This document shows, in pieces, positions 49,274-59,853 of a DNA stretch of 63,608 nt. The stretch spans positions 1-63,608 of the IMG/VR virus record IMGVR_UViG_3300032282_004026; one strand, given 5' to 3'. Source of the stretch: a virus (Duplodnaviria > Caudoviricetes). The translations under genes and the position numbers were made by a program. The notes under the pieces are model-generated. The model did no database searches. It saw nothing but the letters and a program-made list of their open reading frames with translations, and was not told the DNA's origin. The stretch's first letter is position 1; each line of letters begins with the position of its first letter.

Positions 49274-49795
49274 TTAGCTAATTGTGATTGTCCAAGTAAC
49301 TGTTAATGCGTCAGCTGGAAGCTTAGTAACAGTTGGGAAAGTAGTACGGCAAAGCATTGTACCTGCTGTTGCAGCATTAAAAATAGCAGCTTCACGTAGA
49401 ATAGCACCACCAGCAGGAGCAGATGGATTGTTTGCTGGGAAGTTAGCAGAATAAGTCACAGTGTTGTTTGTAGCACTAGCAACAGTTAAAGCTGCTCTTG
49501 AATAAGCAGTATAACCACCACCAACTGTCAATTCAGCACCAAGCGCTGTATCACCTGCACCGACACCAGGACCACCAGCAACTTCAGCAGTTGCGCTGGT
49601 ACCAATACCAATGTGAGACATAACCGCAAATGTAGTACCTAACATACGAGAAGCGATAAACTTCTTGCCGTCATAAACTACAATGTTTGGAACATACACT
49701 TCTTGCTTGACAATGTCTGTCTCTGTATCTGTAAGGATAAGAGATAGAGCACCTTCAATTTCGATAGTGTTCTTATATTTTGGAATTAAAATCAT
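49274..49795 (-). CDS. Conserved structural protein (tail collar-like)
   Basis: N.VV..GK..IASRM, MSHI.IGT...DT.L..E, EA.IFNA...G.ML.RT.F....K...D.L.VTW.I. Confidence 0.65.
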   Translation of the reverse strand: MILIPKYKNTIEIEGALSLILTDTETDIVKQEVYVPNIVVYDGKKFIASRMLGTTFAVMSHIGIGTSATAEVAGGPGVGAGDTALGAELTVGGGYTAYSRAALTVASATNNTVTYSANFPANNPSAPAGGAILREAAIFNAATAGTMLCRTTFPTVTKLPADALTVTWTITIS

Positions 49796-49815
49796 TTGTT
49801 TCTCCTAATAGGATT

Positions 49816-52758
49816 TTAAGTTATTGCCGTAGAGGCATTGTAATCCGACAATGGAACGAAATATCCAGAAGATGGATCGTCATCGCCGTATGAATTTAGT
49901 CTAATTAAACCAGGACTCAATATATTTATTGAATCGCTAGAACCCTTTGTGTATTCTTTAACATATACTTCTGGTGCTGCAACGCTATCAGATAAGTTTT
50001 TAGTGAATTCGCCTACACTATAAGCATCAATTAAACTTAGTAATTCTGCTGGAAGATCTTTAGTTAATTGAGGAGAATACGCATCAGTTGAAATCAGCGA
50101 TTCAGTATGATTCTTAGTGATATCATGACCAAGTAAAATATTACTTAACGTTAAAGTTTCAACGTGATATTTGTCATATAGATTCTGATATGCATCAGTT
50201 GCAAATAACTCAACGATATCAAGTTTAGTGAGAACGGCTTTACCGTCTTCTATTAAAGTTATAATCTCCGACTTAATAAGTTCTGGAGTGTTGAAATACT
50301 TATCTCCTGATGTACTTACTGTATCTTCTGGAAGATTCTTAGTTGGCAAATTAGACAATGGATCTGTTACGACCAATGTCTCTAAAGGCATATCTTTAAA
50401 ATAATCTTTATTGATTATTTCACCAGTAATGCTCAGTATTTCCTCTGGCATATTCTTTACTGGCCACTTAGCTACTGAATCTGGTGATGTTACAGTATCT
50501 TCTGGCATATTCTTAGTGAATGCTTTAGGAATTAATAGTCCAGTTGAAGCATCCAATTCAGTCAATGATACAGAATCAATATGAAGTTTAGAGCTAATGA
50601 AAGCTGGTCTTCCAGAATTAGAAATAACTGGATTACCACTTGGCGTATGAGTAACTACTGTTCCAGTTAAGCTAATAGTATATGCGTCATAATTAACACC
50701 AGCATCTTGTGTAATAGCTAAATCGCCGATTCTCTGCCCATCAGCATCAAGACTAATGCTACCAGAAGCATTAACTGGAACTACTTTACTTACAAATTTT
50801 GGTGGTGTAACGTTACCGGTACTTGGTAATAGTGAACCAGCATTAGAACCATCTTGATAAATGTATGGAGTAGTAACCGAGTCAACTAATAAGTTCTTAG
50901 TAAAAGCTTTTGGAGGTGTAATATTGCCTGTATCTGGATTTTTAGAACCTGCATTAGAACCATCTGAATATTTGTAAGGCTGAGTGACAGTTTCAAAAAG
51001 ATTCTTTGTAGCATAATATGCTAACTTGCCTTGACTTGAGAATACTTGGTTTGCACCTTCAACTAAAGAAATACTTACATCAGAAAATAATTTATCAGAG
51101 CCATCGATTGAATATAAACCATTAAATGTTACACCATAATTATCATATCCATAACCGCCATCATATACAGCTTCAGTATCAGAAAATTGTAGAAGTCGTA
51201 GTGGATTGCTTTGAACAAGAGATAGTTGTAAATTATTAAAGATACTATATTCCGAATATCCTCGCATACCTGCAGGATGCAACAGTGATTTTACAACCTC
51301 TGCATATTTGCGAAGCTCTTCTTCAACCTGAATAACATATGAAAAAGCTTGATAGTACTTACCATCATGAATGTACATTTCGTCAGAAATGAATCCATCA
51401 GCTTTTAAATAATATCCTGGATACTTAGCAACAGCGCCAAGATTAATCTCAATAATTGCTAGATCTTCATCAATTACTTTTTGTGTAGTATCAGCATAGA
51501 ATTGTTGGACAATTTCACCAACATAAGATGGATCGGCGAAGAAACGATCAGCTCTATTTTCAGGAGCACCGACTGGAATACTTTCGTCATAATAGAAATA
51601 CGTTTGCTTACTTGCAAAACCATAATCAACGAAACCACCAGAATTTTCTATGTATGATGGATTAGATAGTCCACGAAGAGTAACGGTGTCTCCATTCTGT
51701 AAATCATAAATGTTAACATTAAATCCAGTAGTTGCCTGATATCTCTTTGGAACAAATGTTTTTCCAGAACGCGTTACTTTAACATCAAGAGATGGAACAT
51801 CTTGATTAATAGCATAATTTACAGCAAATGTTTGATATACTGTAGTATTAGTAATTCCACTAACTGTGTATGTTTTATTATCAGTTGTTCCAGTAACTTG
51901 CAATGGGTGAATATATTCCCAAGCTAAGACATCTTTGCTTGAAAGATATGAATAGAATGTAGTCTTATAATCTAAGCCGAATCTAATAATTTGAAAAGCT
52001 TTAAGACCACCGTCGCCATTAATCTTTGTTATTTTAATAACGCATCCACGTCCTAAACTTGTCTTTAACGCGTATAGATCACCAACTTTAAATCCCTTTC
52101 CGGCTTTAAAGATTTTAATCTTAGAAGGACATGGAAGAATCTTACCAGTGTATGTTACACCATCAATAGTAGCTGTAACAGTCGATCCTATTTCAATTTC
52201 ATTTAAATAATCACGCTGAATGAAAATTTCAAATACACTTAAAGAATATTCTAATACGTTTTCTACGTAAGTTTGAATCTTCTTTTTTGGAGTTTGTATC
52301 GTTATGAATGTACCATTAACTGGTGTCAATGTAGTTGTAGCACCAGTCATCTCAACGAAAATAGATACGTCTTGTTTCCACTTACCATCGGAAACACGAA
52401 GAACTTGAGTTGAAGGATAAAATAAAGATGCTTCTTTATTAAATAGTGTTCTAAATAAAAACTTAAAAGAATCTTCACTGCCACGTGAAAGATAAAATTC
52501 TCTTAAGTGTTTTAATAACTTACGCGGATCTTCTGCAAATTCAATTGGTAGGTTTTTAGCTAATTCACTCTTAAAATTAACAATGAATTCGTCAAGAGTA
52601 GTATCAACATCTCGAATACCTTCAAGATTTTGTGACTGCGTATCCTGTAGCCATCCGTAATAAACTTTTACGAATTCTACAAAAGCTGGATATGTTTCTC
52701 TAACATGTTCAGGTATTTGTCTCTGAACTGCTATCGATTGACTTAATTTGCTACTCAT
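49816..52758 (-). CDS. gp7: Baseplate wedge initiator, gp7-like, with repetitive C-terminal extension
   Basis: Q.P..V...YP.FV.F...YY, FY..RG.E.SFK.LF..LF, D..YYQ.FSY.I...LHPAG; downstream of gp6. Confidence 0.72.
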   Translation of the reverse strand: MSSKLSQSIAVQRQIPEHVRETYPAFVEFVKVYYGWLQDTQSQNLEGIRDVDTTLDEFIVNFKSELAKNLPIEFAEDPRKLLKHLREFYLSRGSEDSFKFLFRTLFNKEASLFYPSTQVLRVSDGKWKQDVSIFVEMTGATTTLTPVNGTFITIQTPKKKIQTYVENVLEYSLSVFEIFIQRDYLNEIEIGSTVTATIDGVTYTGKILPCPSKIKIFKAGKGFKVGDLYALKTSLGRGCVIKITKINGDGGLKAFQIIRFGLDYKTTFYSYLSSKDVLAWEYIHPLQVTGTTDNKTYTVSGITNTTVYQTFAVNYAINQDVPSLDVKVTRSGKTFVPKRYQATTGFNVNIYDLQNGDTVTLRGLSNPSYIENSGGFVDYGFASKQTYFYYDESIPVGAPENRADRFFADPSYVGEIVQQFYADTTQKVIDEDLAIIEINLGAVAKYPGYYLKADGFISDEMYIHDGKYYQAFSYVIQVEEELRKYAEVVKSLLHPAGMRGYSEYSIFNNLQLSLVQSNPLRLLQFSDTEAVYDGGYGYDNYGVTFNGLYSIDGSDKLFSDVSISLVEGANQVFSSQGKLAYYATKNLFETVTQPYKYSDGSNAGSKNPDTGNITPPKAFTKNLLVDSVTTPYIYQDGSNAGSLLPSTGNVTPPKFVSKVVPVNASGSISLDADGQRIGDLAITQDAGVNYDAYTISLTGTVVTHTPSGNPVISNSGRPAFISSKLHIDSVSLTELDASTGLLIPKAFTKNMPEDTVTSPDSVAKWPVKNMPEEILSITGEIINKDYFKDMPLETLVVTDPLSNLPTKNLPEDTVSTSGDKYFNTPELIKSEIITLIEDGKAVLTKLDIVELFATDAYQNLYDKYHVETLTLSNILLGHDITKNHTESLISTDAYSPQLTKDLPAELLSLIDAYSVGEFTKNLSDSVAAPEVYVKEYTKGSSDSINILSPGLIRLNSYGDDDPSSGYFVPLSDYNASTAIT

Positions 52759-54599
52759 TAATTTCTACTTGACGTAAATGTATAATTGTTTGCTGTTGTT
52801 GCAACACCGCTTTGCGTAGTATCTGGCATCACAGTGATATTAATTCTAGAATCTGGTATATTTACAATGTAATTACGCAGTGAAACTACATCAAAACTTT
52901 GTGTTTTAATAATGAAATAAAAATTGGCATCAACTAAATTAACAATCTTTAATCCTGAGATTTTGATAACACCGTTTGCATAATCTACTGTGCCAATCTT
53001 AGGATTGTTAATAATTTTAGCACCAGTACCTTCAACAACACTATATGTACGCACATTACCATACCCATCATCATCCATATAATATATAGTATCGCTATTG
53101 TCTAAATAAAACCCAGTAGACTTAAATGCTTCTTCTGGCACATTTTCAGTATAAATTGGGTTAACAATATTTAGTCTATACTCTGCTGCAATATTATATT
53201 TTGGAGTAACTTCACAATAAACTTTAAATGTAGTTATGTTACTTAAAATTGATTGATCTGCTGCATCTATAGATGCAGAGAATTTTGACATTCTAAAAAT
53301 ACCATCAAATTTTCTAAGATTATTATTTCTATAATTCTGAATATTGACTAATACAGCATTTTTTATCTCGTCCATAGAACGAGTCGTCTTATTCTTATTA
53401 TAATAAATCGAAGTTGTAATCTCTAAATCTAAATAAGAAGGATCTACAATTTCAGGCGTAATCGAAACTATGTTACGTGTTTTTAGTAATGATTCGGTGA
53501 TATAACTCTTTTCGGGAGGAGTTAAATAAGGACCATTAGTAGGTTTAAGTGAAAGGAATACCTTTCCATACTGAGGTGGATCATTGTCCTCACCGCCCCA
53601 AACACTTATAGAATCTAAGTTTGGATAAAGTTTCTTTAAGAGCGCAGTGTAATCACCTGTAGTAACTGCTCTATTTTGATTAAAGAATGAATGAGAAACA
53701 TTAGAGCGAATTTGATCAACTGTTTCGGCTTCTCTTCCACCATAAGATGTAGATATTAATTCAATACCAACACTACCACCAAGTCCAGTTCCAGTGTAAG
53801 TAAATATTTTTGCACCATTACCAGCAGCTTTATTTGTAATCATAAACTGAGCAGTAATTACATTACCAGTTTGAATAGGCATTCCTAAATCATTCGAACC
53901 AAATGATATTTGATATGTTCCATCATCTAATTCTTTAACATAGTAAACTTTACTAGTTGGACTTAATTGTAGAACATCCATTGCTCTTTCATATCTCTCA
54001 TAATCTGGTTGTTCGCCAGTAGGCTGAACTGTAATTGTGAGAGTAGAAATATCAATATTAGGATTATTAAGAATAAACTTTTGATATGGCTCTGTGCAAA
54101 CAAATAATAAAGTTTGAGGAGTACCTTCGTAAATTTCTATTCCAGTGAAAGAATATGCTAAACCATTTCTTTCAGCCGCATAATCCTGTAACGTATAAAA
54201 TGTATAAGGAATCGTATCAATAGTAGTAGTAAAACTACTTAGTTTTGGAATGTATTTAATCTGAGGAGGATTAACCGCACTAACTGGAATTGTCACAGTT
54301 AAATTAACCTTTGCTCTTGAAGCGAGACATGATTCTGGAGTGTAACCAAAATTATTAGCAATAGAAACAACACTGCTTCTCTTACTTGCAGAATCTAAAA
54401 ACATTTCATTAATAGCTAAGTTTGTATACAAAGCATTATAATGCGTGTTATAAGCAAGTAAATCTATTAATGTAGAAAGAGCAGATCCTTCAAAGTCATA
54501 GTCACTAAACTGACTCTGACCTCTCATGAAGGTCTTTAAATTTTCTCTAATCTGATTATAGTCTAAATCAGATACTTTAATTCTATTATTCGTAGTCAT
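52758..54599 (-). CDS. gp6: Baseplate wedge subunit
   Basis: FSDYDFEGS.L..LIDLLAYNTHYNA, QNRAVT..DY, WGGE.N.PP.YGKVF. Confidence 0.96.
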   Translation of the reverse strand: MTTNNRIKVSDLDYNQIRENLKTFMRGQSQFSDYDFEGSALSTLIDLLAYNTHYNALYTNLAINEMFLDSASKRSSVVSIANNFGYTPESCLASRAKVNLTVTIPVSAVNPPQIKYIPKLSSFTTTIDTIPYTFYTLQDYAAERNGLAYSFTGIEIYEGTPQTLLFVCTEPYQKFILNNPNIDISTLTITVQPTGEQPDYERYERAMDVLQLSPTSKVYYVKELDDGTYQISFGSNDLGMPIQTGNVITAQFMITNKAAGNGAKIFTYTGTGLGGSVGIELISTSYGGREAETVDQIRSNVSHSFFNQNRAVTTGDYTALLKKLYPNLDSISVWGGEDNDPPQYGKVFLSLKPTNGPYLTPPEKSYITESLLKTRNIVSITPEIVDPSYLDLEITTSIYYNKNKTTRSMDEIKNAVLVNIQNYRNNNLRKFDGIFRMSKFSASIDAADQSILSNITTFKVYCEVTPKYNIAAEYRLNIVNPIYTENVPEEAFKSTGFYLDNSDTIYYMDDDGYGNVRTYSVVEGTGAKIINNPKIGTVDYANGVIKISGLKIVNLVDANFYFIIKTQSFDVVSLRNYIVNIPDSRINITVMPDTTQSGVATTANNYTFTSSRN

Positions 54600-54988
54600 C
54601 TAGTTCTCTCTAAGATTAAATTGACTGACACCGGAGTCTCTGTGTTCTTTATTTTAAACATAACAGTTATATAAGCGTCATTATTTTCTGGGCTAAATCT
54701 AACTGCAACACCAAGAAGATCTACACGAGGTTCAAAATTAGCAATAGTATCACTTATAGTTCTCTCAATCATAGCAGTTAAGATTGGAGTAATTGGCTCA
54801 AATAATAAAGCCTTTACCTGACATCCGATATTACTTCTAAATGGTCTTTCATAGTTTCTGGTTAGAATTAAATTTCTTATAGACTGCTTAATAGAATTTT
54901 CATCGTAGCGCACCGTCACATCACGCGTTGCAGGATGTGGTAAGAAGTTAAAATCTAAATCTGTGTATGTTCTAGTATTACGTGCCAT
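54596..54988 (-). CDS. gp25: Baseplate wedge subunit / sheath initiator
   Basis: IKQSIRNLILT..YERPF...IG, LLFE, I..FEPRV. Confidence 0.95.
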   Translation of the reverse strand: MARNTRTYTDLDFNFLPHPATRDVTVRYDENSIKQSIRNLILTRNYERPFRSNIGCQVKALLFEPITPILTAMIERTISDTIANFEPRVDLLGVAVRFSPENNDAYITVMFKIKNTETPVSVNLILERTR

Positions 54989-54993
54989 ATTGT

Positions 54994-55001
54994 TATTTAT
55001 T
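54994..55001 (-). promoter_or_regulatory. Late promoter variant AATAAATA upstream of gp25
   Basis: 5 nt before the gp25 ATG, no SD. Confidence 0.65.
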
Positions 55002-55011
55002 TGAATTTATG

Positions 55012-55323
55012 TCATCCAGAAAAGACTCTTGCAGCACCTGAAATTATAATGTTATCTGAATACGTATCGCCAATTCTTCCAATTTTACTGCCACATGCTG
55101 AAACTCTACTAGAATAACTATTTAAAGTACTCATGTCTGGAACGCAGCCACCTTTAGGATGGGATCCTACTAAATCTCCATCAACGACGACTAGACCTCC
55201 CATAGCATAAACTCTTTGTTGACTAGGAGGTCCAGTGTTAGTAGTCATTGGAAATCTGCATTTCCATCCAGTACCATCTGGAGAAAATACAGAATCAGTT
55301 CCACTTCTAGCAACTGCAGGCAT
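55012..55323 (-). CDS. gp5.4: PAAR-like spike tip protein
   Basis: MPAVAR..D, H/C metal-ligand candidates, GRIGD...I..G...VF.G; downstream of gp5. Confidence 0.82.
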   Translation of the reverse strand: MPAVARSGTDSVFSPDGTGWKCRFPMTTNTGPPSQQRVYAMGGLVVVDGDLVGSHPKGGCVPDMSTLNSYSSRVSACGSKIGRIGDTYSDNIIISGAARVFSG

Positions 55324-55892
55324 TATATAGTTCCTTTAGCTAATAGAGCTTTAAACGCAGCTACTGCTGGTGGATATGTCCAATATATGTCTTGCAATAT
55401 TGTTACTGTTTCTTCTGTTTCACCCGGAGTAGTAGCAGAAGTATACTTTATCTTAATAGTATATGGCACATCGTATATGTATTTCACTGAAGGTGGTGAC
55501 CATTTTACAATAGAAAGATATGGTTCTTGAGTATTAGCTGGAAGAATCTTTAAAGACTTATCTTTCATAATGAATTGATAATACGCATCAACAAACACTC
55601 CCGTTGCACTACCAGAAATTCTAATAGTATCTCCAACTTTAGTAAAAGTAACACCTGTTACATCGGATTGCATTGATATTATTTTTGTTATAGTTACTGG
55701 CTCATATGTTACGCTTCCTTCGCCTGCAGGTATAGGCACAGCAAAACCAATGTCAACTGAAAATAAATCGCCGCCTTCATATACCCCATCTATAACATTT
55801 GCCGGTGGGCCTGCACCTTCTGGATCTGAATATCTACTTGCAATAAGTGGAAATCCACTCATATTGCTTTTTGTTATTTTAAGCTGCGCCAA
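55323..55892 (-). CDS. Hypothetical protein between gp5 and PAAR
   Basis: Overlaps both neighbours; no family recognised. Confidence 0.65.
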   Translation of the reverse strand: MAQLKITKSNMSGFPLIASRYSDPEGAGPPANVIDGVYEGGDLFSVDIGFAVPIPAGEGSVTYEPVTITKIISMQSDVTGVTFTKVGDTIRISGSATGVFVDAYYQFIMKDKSLKILPANTQEPYLSIVKWSPPSVKYIYDVPYTIKIKYTSATTPGETEETVTILQDIYWTYPPAVAAFKALLAKGTI

Positions 55893-58587
55893 GATTAGTC
55901 AATCCTTGAGAATGAGTCTTATCATTTAAGAATGTTAAAACTTGTTTTCTATTAGTACCAACGCTATTATGTCCAAGGTGAATCCAATTAATTCTCTTAG
56001 GATCTTTGCTACCATTAACGCCAGGATCTCTATATTCTAGTAATAACTGATCAATTGGTAATGTAGCAGCAAATTTTACAGCCCAGTCATAGTTAACTTT
56101 GTATCCATAATTACCACCAATGGATACGTCAGCAGCTGTGCCAATTAGGTGCGGAGAAAGAAGCACTGAGCCCGCGACAGGATCATTTCTAAAGCAAGAA
56201 GTTAAATACCAAGCTTTATCAACTGGTCCAACCATTTCATTAACTGGTCCAAGTATATTAACGCATAAACCTTTTAAATTACATACAATTTCTTGTACTG
56301 AATATACTTTTCCATTCTTCCAGTTAACAGTGCTAATGGTTCTACCCTTTGTTAGTTTACCCATAGTCCATTTATAACCAGTCGAATCTGTGTAAAGAAC
56401 ATAAGATTCTGGGAAAGAAGTCATACCAGAAATTATGTCGCAATCTACAGAACTTGCTATTTTCTTATTTTCTGGAGCAGGAGTACTTTCCACGGCTACG
56501 GCTTTATCGCTAGTAGTTGGAGTTGCTCTTTCTTCATGATATTTTTTAGCTTTCGGATCTTCATTTTCTTCTGGAGTTTCATATGAAAGTTCTTCTTCAA
56601 GATTACGTGGAGGAGGTTTCAATTGCTCAAATGTACGAGAATTCTTAGTGCCTTGAGAAACTGCACCTGGTAAACCAGCAGCAGAAGCACTATCTGCTCC
56701 TTCAGCAAGATGCACAGTAGAACCTTCAATCTTAGCTTCACCTCCAGCATTAGCATGGAATCCACCAGAAGATGTAAGTTTATTAGCGCCATCTGCTGTG
56801 ACATTAAAGTCTGAATTAGAATCCATTTTTATATTGGCGGCGCTTAATTTAAATTCACCACCAATACGCATTGACAAATCATTTGCAACGCTAATATCTG
56901 CATCACCTGCCATATTAATCTTAGTATCACCAGTAACGTCAATGAAAGCATCTGCTTCTACTAATATTCGAGCTGTTCCATTAACAGTCACATTGCAATC
57001 ACCACCAATAAATACGTATCCATTTCTTTCCATTATGTAATAGCCATCACCAACTATACGATTAACCTGTGAACCATTAGCGTCAATTTCAGTATATGTG
57101 CCTTTACGATGATACATATGAATACGTTCATTTTCTGGCGTATCGTCGAATTCTAGTAAATGACCAGATTCAGTTTCCATAACTTTATTGTATGGATACC
57201 TAGCATTAAAAGGAATATCTGGTTGAGACCACTCAAATCCATTAGCAGTCTCTACACCTTCAAGACGTTTTTGATCTTTGTATTCAACAACTGTTCCAGT
57301 GATTTTTCCACGTGCTAATCTATTAGTATCTGGCTCTCCAATATAATTGCGAAGAGGATACTTCATATTAGGATCGTTAAATCCATTCACTAAATTCTTC
57401 TGACGATCTTTAGGTAATCCGTTTTCGGCAATGGGCACTGATTGAACGTCTTCTCCTTTATTAGTACTCTTATCTGTTTGTTCTGGAGTAGGAGAATCAT
57501 CGCCAAGAAAATATTTGTAATACCCACGCTTTTTATTATATCCACCACCATCATTACCAACAGCTCTTAGTGCTTTTTCAAAATAACCGGGATCTGTAGG
57601 ATCTGCTGAAACTCTACGCTTCATGTATTGTACTGTAACTGCAGCAGAAACAGCATAATCTGTATTAAGTAAATCAGGTTGAGATAAAATATCTACGCCA
57701 GTTAGTTTTGCATATATGGCATAATTGCTTCTACCAGTTATCTGTATGAAGCCTCTTCCATAAAATTTGCCACCATCACCGGGTTGATTATTTCCAAGAG
57801 ATCTTCCGTTATTTTCTGGAGCATATACCAAATCGAAGAATGATTCTCGGGTGCCTTTCCACTTAGCATATTTTTCAGCTAGGTCTGGCTTATTTCCAAA
57901 TGTATAACCAAACACTTTCATTAGTGAAGCTGCTGAAGAATAATAATATCCTTCTGCCTGTGGAACACATCCACTTTCTCCCATAGCAATTGCTAATATA
58001 GCAGCTCTTCCGTATTTGCCCTTTATTCCCTGTCTATCCATTTCAGCATTTAATGCATCAATTCCGGGCTTTGCTCGTGGCGAAGGAGGTGGAACTGCTT
58101 TAACTTGAGTTGCAGTAGAATCTGTAGAAGAAGCAGGAGAAGGATTTGGTTGTGTACCGGTAGTAACTGGATTGCCACTTCCATCAGTGACAACAGAACC
58201 AGATCCATCAGTAACTACATTTCCTGCAGGAGTAGCTTCTACTTTTGGAGGTTTAATGTCAATCGAAATGCTATCATCTTCATCATCATCGATTGCCTTA
58301 CTTTCGTCTTGAGGTATTCCACCAATACTACCCAATATAATTGGTTGCTGATGTTCAGCATCTCTAAACATAATAACAACCCAAGTACCTTCTACAACTC
58401 CAACTGGTGCAACGCCAATACCATTCATTGCAGCGGAAGTTACGGGTTGCATTGGATATGCCCAAGGCAAATCTTCTGTTGGTAGTATAGTCTTATCGTG
58501 TGTATGTAAACCAACGACTCTAACTTGGCATCTACCAAGTTTCAAAGGATCTTTTCTATTTTCTATGCAACCAGTATATAAATTCAT
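55879..58587 (-). CDS. gp5: Baseplate hub spike with GH19-like and M15-like peptidoglycan hydrolase domains
   Basis: DPLKLGRC.VR..G.H OB-fold, YPYN.V.ETESGH..EFDDTP, beta-helix; GDG.KFYGRGFIQITGR.NY; S.FR...S.H..G.AAD...WIH. Confidence 0.92.
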   Translation of the reverse strand: MNLYTGCIENRKDPLKLGRCQVRVVGLHTHDKTILPTEDLPWAYPMQPVTSAAMNGIGVAPVGVVEGTWVVIMFRDAEHQQPIILGSIGGIPQDESKAIDDDEDDSISIDIKPPKVEATPAGNVVTDGSGSVVTDGSGNPVTTGTQPNPSPASSTDSTATQVKAVPPPSPRAKPGIDALNAEMDRQGIKGKYGRAAILAIAMGESGCVPQAEGYYYSSAASLMKVFGYTFGNKPDLAEKYAKWKGTRESFFDLVYAPENNGRSLGNNQPGDGGKFYGRGFIQITGRSNYAIYAKLTGVDILSQPDLLNTDYAVSAAVTVQYMKRRVSADPTDPGYFEKALRAVGNDGGGYNKKRGYYKYFLGDDSPTPEQTDKSTNKGEDVQSVPIAENGLPKDRQKNLVNGFNDPNMKYPLRNYIGEPDTNRLARGKITGTVVEYKDQKRLEGVETANGFEWSQPDIPFNARYPYNKVMETESGHLLEFDDTPENERIHMYHRKGTYTEIDANGSQVNRIVGDGYYIMERNGYVFIGGDCNVTVNGTARILVEADAFIDVTGDTKINMAGDADISVANDLSMRIGGEFKLSAANIKMDSNSDFNVTADGANKLTSSGGFHANAGGEAKIEGSTVHLAEGADSASAAGLPGAVSQGTKNSRTFEQLKPPPRNLEEELSYETPEENEDPKAKKYHEERATPTTSDKAVAVESTPAPENKKIASSVDCDIISGMTSFPESYVLYTDSTGYKWTMGKLTKGRTISTVNWKNGKVYSVQEIVCNLKGLCVNILGPVNEMVGPVDKAWYLTSCFRNDPVAGSVLLSPHLIGTAADVSIGGNYGYKVNYDWAVKFAATLPIDQLLLEYRDPGVNGSKDPKRINWIHLGHNSVGTNRKQVLTFLNDKTHSQGLTNLGAA

Positions 58588-58589
58588 TG

Positions 58590-59852
58590 TTATGCGCTCA
58601 GGTTAACTAATACAGAATTCTTAACGATTTCCATATTACATGTATGATTTTCACGTGTAATTGTATGGCTTATAGCAGATATTAAATATTTGCCAGAAAG
58701 AATCTTGTCTCTTGGATCTTGATCATCTTTGGTAATCTGTGTAGCTTTTGGTAAATACAAATCAATTACTCTTCCTACAGTATAGTCTGTTCTTCCATAC
58801 ACTTGAATATTAACCTTATATTTAGAAAGATTTTGGAAGAAAGAAATTCTCTTCTGCTGAAACTTAAATGATGTTGCATCACCGTAATTAGTAAAATTAC
58901 CGTAATACTTTGGCATAAACATTTGAGCACTTTGAGCATTTGCTAAAGTGTACTTAGAATATGCTGGATTAGGATTTAAAAGCGTATCAGGTTTAGGATC
59001 CTTCTTTACACTATAATCTTTTACTGTATATTTTTTAGTAGTAATATCATATGTAATAAGTCTAGATTTCATTCTACCAGATTGAATATCATTCATATAA
59101 TCTGTCAATACTGGAATGCTAATATCAAGAATTCTCTTAAAATCTTCTTGCGGATCTCTAGTATTACCAGTTCCAGACGCATCAGGTGTTCGTGTATAAT
59201 TGTCTTTAATAAATTTATGAGAAGGTTCAGATTTTAATATTTCATTAATTGAACGGAAGTTAAGCCCATCTCTGTTTTCATAAAACAAATATGAAGGAGA
59301 ATAAGCAACACTTAAAGCAGCATCGCACAAATAATTTAAGCACTTCACTGGAGACCAAAAGTTAGCAGTGAACTTAGTAGAATTAGATGTCTGTTCTACA
59401 TTAAGCTTTTTAGTAGTCTTCAATCCTTTTTCGCCAAGTATAGTTGAAGCTAATTCATTAATCTTACCGTCAAAAGTCTTACTAATTTTCATATTAGCAT
59501 CGACTAAAAAATCTGAAGATATACATTTAAGCGCATAAACTACTTCTCGCTCTTTAGTATATTCACGATCAGTAATCTTATAAACGTAAAAACGTCCTTT
59601 AATAGGAACATCTAATGATGGAGTTACTACATCAATGTCGACAAACTCTTCTCCGACAAATGGAAATATATTAATATAATCTACAGATTCTCTCAATACA
59701 ATAGTCATTGTAGTGAATGGCGAAAACATATCTTCATAAATTTCAATCATTGAAACTTGATTAGTTACGTTTGCAGCTTGGCCGTTCAAAGAATTAATTT
59801 GAACTTCTTTTATCTGTATATCACCAGCAAATTTTAAACCTGAAGTTGCCAT
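58590..59852 (-). CDS. Baseplate hub protein (gp27-like)
   Basis: IYED.FSPF......D, YLFYENRDG.NF.S, SGKYLIS...H; lies between gp53 and gp5. Confidence 0.7.
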   Translation of the reverse strand: MATSGLKFAGDIQIKEVQINSLNGQAANVTNQVSMIEIYEDMFSPFTTMTIVLRESVDYINIFPFVGEEFVDIDVVTPSLDVPIKGRFYVYKITDREYTKEREVVYALKCISSDFLVDANMKISKTFDGKINELASTILGEKGLKTTKKLNVEQTSNSTKFTANFWSPVKCLNYLCDAALSVAYSPSYLFYENRDGLNFRSINEILKSEPSHKFIKDNYTRTPDASGTGNTRDPQEDFKRILDISIPVLTDYMNDIQSGRMKSRLITYDITTKKYTVKDYSVKKDPKPDTLLNPNPAYSKYTLANAQSAQMFMPKYYGNFTNYGDATSFKFQQKRISFFQNLSKYKVNIQVYGRTDYTVGRVIDLYLPKATQITKDDQDPRDKILSGKYLISAISHTITRENHTCNMEIVKNSVLVNLSA

Positions 59853-59853
59853 A

